Positions 61,021 through 64,000 of a DNA stretch of 64,000 nt are shown one piece after another (position 1 is the stretch's first letter; every line of letters starts with the position of its first letter). A program made the position numbers and the translations under genes. This stretch comes from an uncultured Nitrospiraceae bacterium. Its GTDB lineage: Bacteria; Nitrospirota; Thermodesulfovibrionia; Thermodesulfovibrionales; Dissulfurispiraceae. Where the stretch lies: NCBI GenBank assembly GCA_963727805.1, contig CAVSHF010000003.1, positions 1,536,001 through 1,600,000 of the forward strand. The letters are read 5' to 3'. The notes below the pieces were generated by a model. That model was not told the origin of the DNA. It searched no databases and worked only from the letters and a program-made list of their open reading frames with translations.

Positions 61021-61719
61021 TTATTTCCTCACACTATTTTTCTTAATTTTCTGTTGATCGATTTCGTCCTGGTATTGGTCGGTAAGCTTTTCCAGCTCAA
61101 CCTTCTTGATTTGTGTCAGGGGTTCATTTTGCAAAAGCATTGTCCCTAGTCCCTTCTTTCGGTATTTTGTCAGAAGTTCATCCGAAATGATGATCAGCTT
61201 CGCATTATTTGACGTGCACTGGCCGAGATCCTTGGTCGTCTGTTGCTGCTGCACCTGAAGTGTCTGTTTCTCTCCAGTTACTTTCTTCAGTGAACTGTCC
61301 AGCTCCTTGTTGTTTTGGACAGCTTGTGAATATTTACTTTCCTTCTCCTGAAACTCCTTCTTCAAACGAGCATCTTCCTTGTCAGCTTCCGCTATTTTTT
61401 TATCTAGTTTCTCCACCGTCGCCTTGAATTTACCCACCTGCCCTCCAAGGGCAATCTTCTCTTTCTGGAGCTTATCCAAGTCGCTTTGGTACTGCTGCTC
61501 CATAGACGCTACGGTCTGGTTCTTTTCCTCGGCCATCTTCTTCTGTATAAAAGCGATTTTCTTATTAGCCTCTGCAATTTTGCCCTGGAAAATCTTCTGT
61601 TCCTTCTGAACTTGAAAATAGCAGATCCCCAATCCAATGATCAGGCCTATCGCCAGCGCAACTGCCGGAACTATAATTTTCTGTATTTGAGGAAGCTTAA
61701 TCATCAGCCCTTCTAGCAC
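61021..61719 (-). CDS. Membrane-anchored coiled-coil protein
   Basis: N-terminal TM, long heptad region, tail C..NNAKL..ELL..Y..EPLTQIKKVELE. Confidence 0.7.
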   Translation of the reverse strand: MLEGLMIKLPQIQKIIVPAVALAIGLIIGLGICYFQVQKEQKIFQGKIAEANKKIAFIQKKMAEEKNQTVASMEQQYQSDLDKLQKEKIALGGQVGKFKATVEKLDKKIAEADKEDARLKKEFQEKESKYSQAVQNNKELDSSLKKVTGEKQTLQVQQQQTTKDLGQCTSNNAKLIIISDELLTKYRKKGLGTMLLQNEPLTQIKKVELEKLTDQYQDEIDQQKIKKNSVRK

Positions 61720-63513
61720 CTAAAATCTTGCATTAATATCCAATTGGAGCACATCAATTGCAAGCGGGGGCCCGGCAATCTGGTCCGCAGTCAGCCATCG
61801 GAGTCTCAGCCAGGTGTTCTTTGCCACCCCGAATTGTCCCCCAAGAACCCAGCCCTTAGCATTGGTTCCACCGAGATGGAAATCGGTATCAGTAAACGCA
61901 TCAACGACAGCGTCACCCCCCAAGTACTTATAGTTAAGGCTGGCATTCCACTGGCCGAACTTCTCAATTAGAGGATATCCGACAGTTAAGCCGATTTGAT
62001 AACCAACTGTCTTGTCCGGAACACCAGAGCCTGCTAGCTGCGCAATTGCAGCATTATTAAACCCAAGGTTTTTCACATAGTCTCCCATGAGGACGATATG
62101 AACCGGGTCCCAAAAACCGACATCAATATCTCCATTAATGTTCAACTCCTTGAACTGCGAAGCAAGACCCACACTTAAACTGTTGTTCGGATCAATAAAG
62201 AACAGTGTATTCCCAGTCTGCTGATACAGAGGGGCCGACCAATTTGTTGTCCCGGCCACATCGGTAGTATTGGGGACTCCGATAATGTTGCTGAAATAGT
62301 AGTAGGCTGCGGCGATCGTGCCGCCAATGCCTTTCCGGTTTTTTTGCTCCAGTCCGAGCTGTCCCGCTAATAGCCATTTGTCATGCTGGGTGAAATCATT
62401 CTGCTGCAGTGGAAACGCGCCGACGGTAAGGAAAGGCGTCAATGAGTCGGAAATCGGTTTCCTTAATTTGACGGCAAGTCCCTCGAAGTTCAAATCTGGA
62501 GCCCAGACTAGATCTGATGAATAAAAGAGGTTCGGTATCCGTCCGCCGTACACAGAAAGAGACTCATCCGGATGCCATCTGAGATATGCAAGGTCGAATA
62601 AAACATTGTCCTTATTCAGGTAAGTACCCATTATATCATTTGTCGAAACAGGTGTTGACGTATTTCCGGTGGAGAGACGAACAACTGCTTCAAGCTGATC
62701 GTTGATATCTACTCCAACGCCAACGCGGACTCGGTACTTGAAACGGTCCGTGTTATTCGTAGTGTTTCTGAGATTTTGGGTGACAGCGCCTTGACTGATT
62801 GACGGCATCTCACTGTCGTTATTCTTATCAAAAAGATCTTTCTCATAGCGCAGGCGAACATCGCCGCCAAAGCGTATCCGTTTGGCCCACTCAGGAGCAG
62901 CCGCAGCAAGTCCTGCTTTCTGTACTTCTATGGGCAACTCTTCATGGACCTGTTGTTCCACCTGATTATGAACACCCTGCTTTATTTTCTCAGTGACATC
63001 TACAGCGATCTGCTCGACCTGTTCCCTGTTATTTACATCCGGAGTAATAACATAGTCTCTTCCTCCACTCGTCCTACTCCCTTGTTGCTTTGTGAACTGT
63101 GCAGCTTCATCCGCACCAATAATTTTTTTACTTTCGAGCAAAGCCACAAGAGCTGCGAAATCCTCAGACGTAGAGACAGCTCCATTCTGTCCGCTGGCAC
63201 GAGCCAATGATCGATCAGAAAAACGTGCAGCCTCATCTGCACTGATGACATTCTTTCTCTTCAAGATATCAACTAAGGCAGCGATATCCGGACCGGACGG
63301 TATTTGCCTGTTATCGGGGCCCAGCCTTGACATGTCTGCATTACGTGCAGGGATTGAATCTTGCTTGCCCGTCGTCAAACCCGGCATGCTTGCACACCCG
63401 AACAAACTTATAAGTAAGAACGCTAGAATCCCCGTAGAGACATATCTTTTTGTGCCCGTCAATAATGCTATTTTTATTCTGTCGTCACCTAGATTCATGA
63501 TATACACTTCCAA
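61720..63513 (-). CDS. Putative porin (outer-membrane beta-barrel) with lipoprotein-like N-terminal extension
   Basis: LFGC lipobox-like; IRFGGDVRLRYE, PVSTN, DAVVDAFTDTDFHLGGTNAKG, terminal LQLDINARF. Confidence 0.8.
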   Translation of the reverse strand: MEVYIMNLGDDRIKIALLTGTKRYVSTGILAFLLISLFGCASMPGLTTGKQDSIPARNADMSRLGPDNRQIPSGPDIAALVDILKRKNVISADEAARFSDRSLARASGQNGAVSTSEDFAALVALLESKKIIGADEAAQFTKQQGSRTSGGRDYVITPDVNNREQVEQIAVDVTEKIKQGVHNQVEQQVHEELPIEVQKAGLAAAAPEWAKRIRFGGDVRLRYEKDLFDKNNDSEMPSISQGAVTQNLRNTTNNTDRFKYRVRVGVGVDINDQLEAVVRLSTGNTSTPVSTNDIMGTYLNKDNVLFDLAYLRWHPDESLSVYGGRIPNLFYSSDLVWAPDLNFEGLAVKLRKPISDSLTPFLTVGAFPLQQNDFTQHDKWLLAGQLGLEQKNRKGIGGTIAAAYYYFSNIIGVPNTTDVAGTTNWSAPLYQQTGNTLFFIDPNNSLSVGLASQFKELNINGDIDVGFWDPVHIVLMGDYVKNLGFNNAAIAQLAGSGVPDKTVGYQIGLTVGYPLIEKFGQWNASLNYKYLGGDAVVDAFTDTDFHLGGTNAKGWVLGGQFGVAKNTWLRLRWLTADQIAGPPLAIDVLQLDINARF

Positions 63514-63572
63514 CCTCTTCAGCCCTGGATTATTTGAAAAACAAGTGATGTTGCCGTTGTTGGTTACAAATT

Positions 63573-63616
63573 ATCTTACCATGGCGTTGCTCGATAATTG
63601 ATTACAAGGGTGTTAC
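63573..63616 (-). promoter_or_regulatory. Weaker Pho-box-like promoter upstream of the porin
   Basis: TTGTAA twice at 11-bp period (plus coordinates 63613, 63602), third site degenerate, TG-G-TAAGAT 63581-63573. Confidence 0.4.
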
Positions 63617-63798
63617 AATTTATTTAAAAATTGATGAAATGAAACTGGAACGCAAAATATATGCTTTATTATGCAATAGGGTAAAATTTCAGGATTAATT
63701 CTTGAGTGTACACCGTTCCGTTATCTGTGTCTGGCGTCTATCGTTGTTAGCTTTACTGCCTTAAACTATGATTGTTTGCAGCCCGCTTCTAAAGCAAA

Positions 63799-63999
63799 TC
63801 AACCCTGTGAGCTAATCTTAATGCTCATAGTCCGCGGCATCCCATCTGGTGGCGGTTCGCTGATTCTAATATTAGAGAGAGACAACTTGACCGCTTCGTC
63901 CAATCTATTGTTGCCAGAAGAGCCTATAATCTTGGAGCCGACTATGGAGCCATTGCTGTCCACACTTATCCTGACTACGGTTTGCAGCTTTCCTTTCGG
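63799..63999 (-). CDS. TonB/TolA C-terminal domain protein (3' end only)
   Basis: VRISVDSNGSIVGSKIIGSSGNNRLDEAV....EPPPDGMPRTMSIKI*; missing from the ORF track because its start is outside the window. Confidence 0.8.
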   Translation of the reverse strand, partial: PKGKLQTVVRISVDSNGSIVGSKIIGSSGNNRLDEAVKLSLSNIRISEPPPDGMPRTMSIKISSQG

Positions 64000-64000
64000 T

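Noticed and set aside
48..63601. Numerous antisense or overlapping ORFs in the six-frame track
   Set aside because: Shadows of well-supported genes with no motifs or SDs. No tRNA, rRNA or CRISPR array was recognised in the window.

Overview
Bacterial chromosomal window; gene content suggests an anaerobic Nitrospirota- or Desulfobacterota-like organism (inference). (i) 1-10.2 kb: 3' part of malQ, a DMT transporter, an iron-sulfur flavoprotein, then a candidate lipid-remodelling block (GH1 glycosidase, olsB/olsA-like acyltransferases, PHP phosphoesterase, GT21 glycolipid synthase, small Cys-rich protein) and PIN-PhoH. (ii) 10.2-20.5 kb: accessory region with three VPLPA/PEP-CTERM-type surface proteins, a selenocysteine DsbC-like protein (U-P-Y-C plus SECIS hairpin), an RHH regulator, one intact and one dead toxin-antitoxin pair, and an IS256 relic. 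(iii) 20.5-59.6 kb, minus strand: exosortase (XrtD-like)-associated Wzy-dependent exopolysaccharide locus with three frameshifted genes. (iv) 60-64 kb: SurA-like PPIase, coiled-coil protein, putative porin and TonB C-terminus. Two non-coding systems stand out. First, nine promoters share Pho-box-like half-sites (GTAA/TTAA/TTCA/GTCA/GCAA) at exact 11-bp period, 11-12 bp upstream of a -10 hexamer; they link the lipid genes, phoH, the CTERM surface proteins and the EPS export genes into one putative regulon. Second, three of these promoters are followed by a conserved leader RNA that I do not recognise (GGG-N3-TTTGCTGACC-[variable hairpin]-GG-N-ACCAGAAARCCCGGA) overlapping an intrinsic terminator: a candidate new attenuator or riboswitch controlling exosortase substrates.
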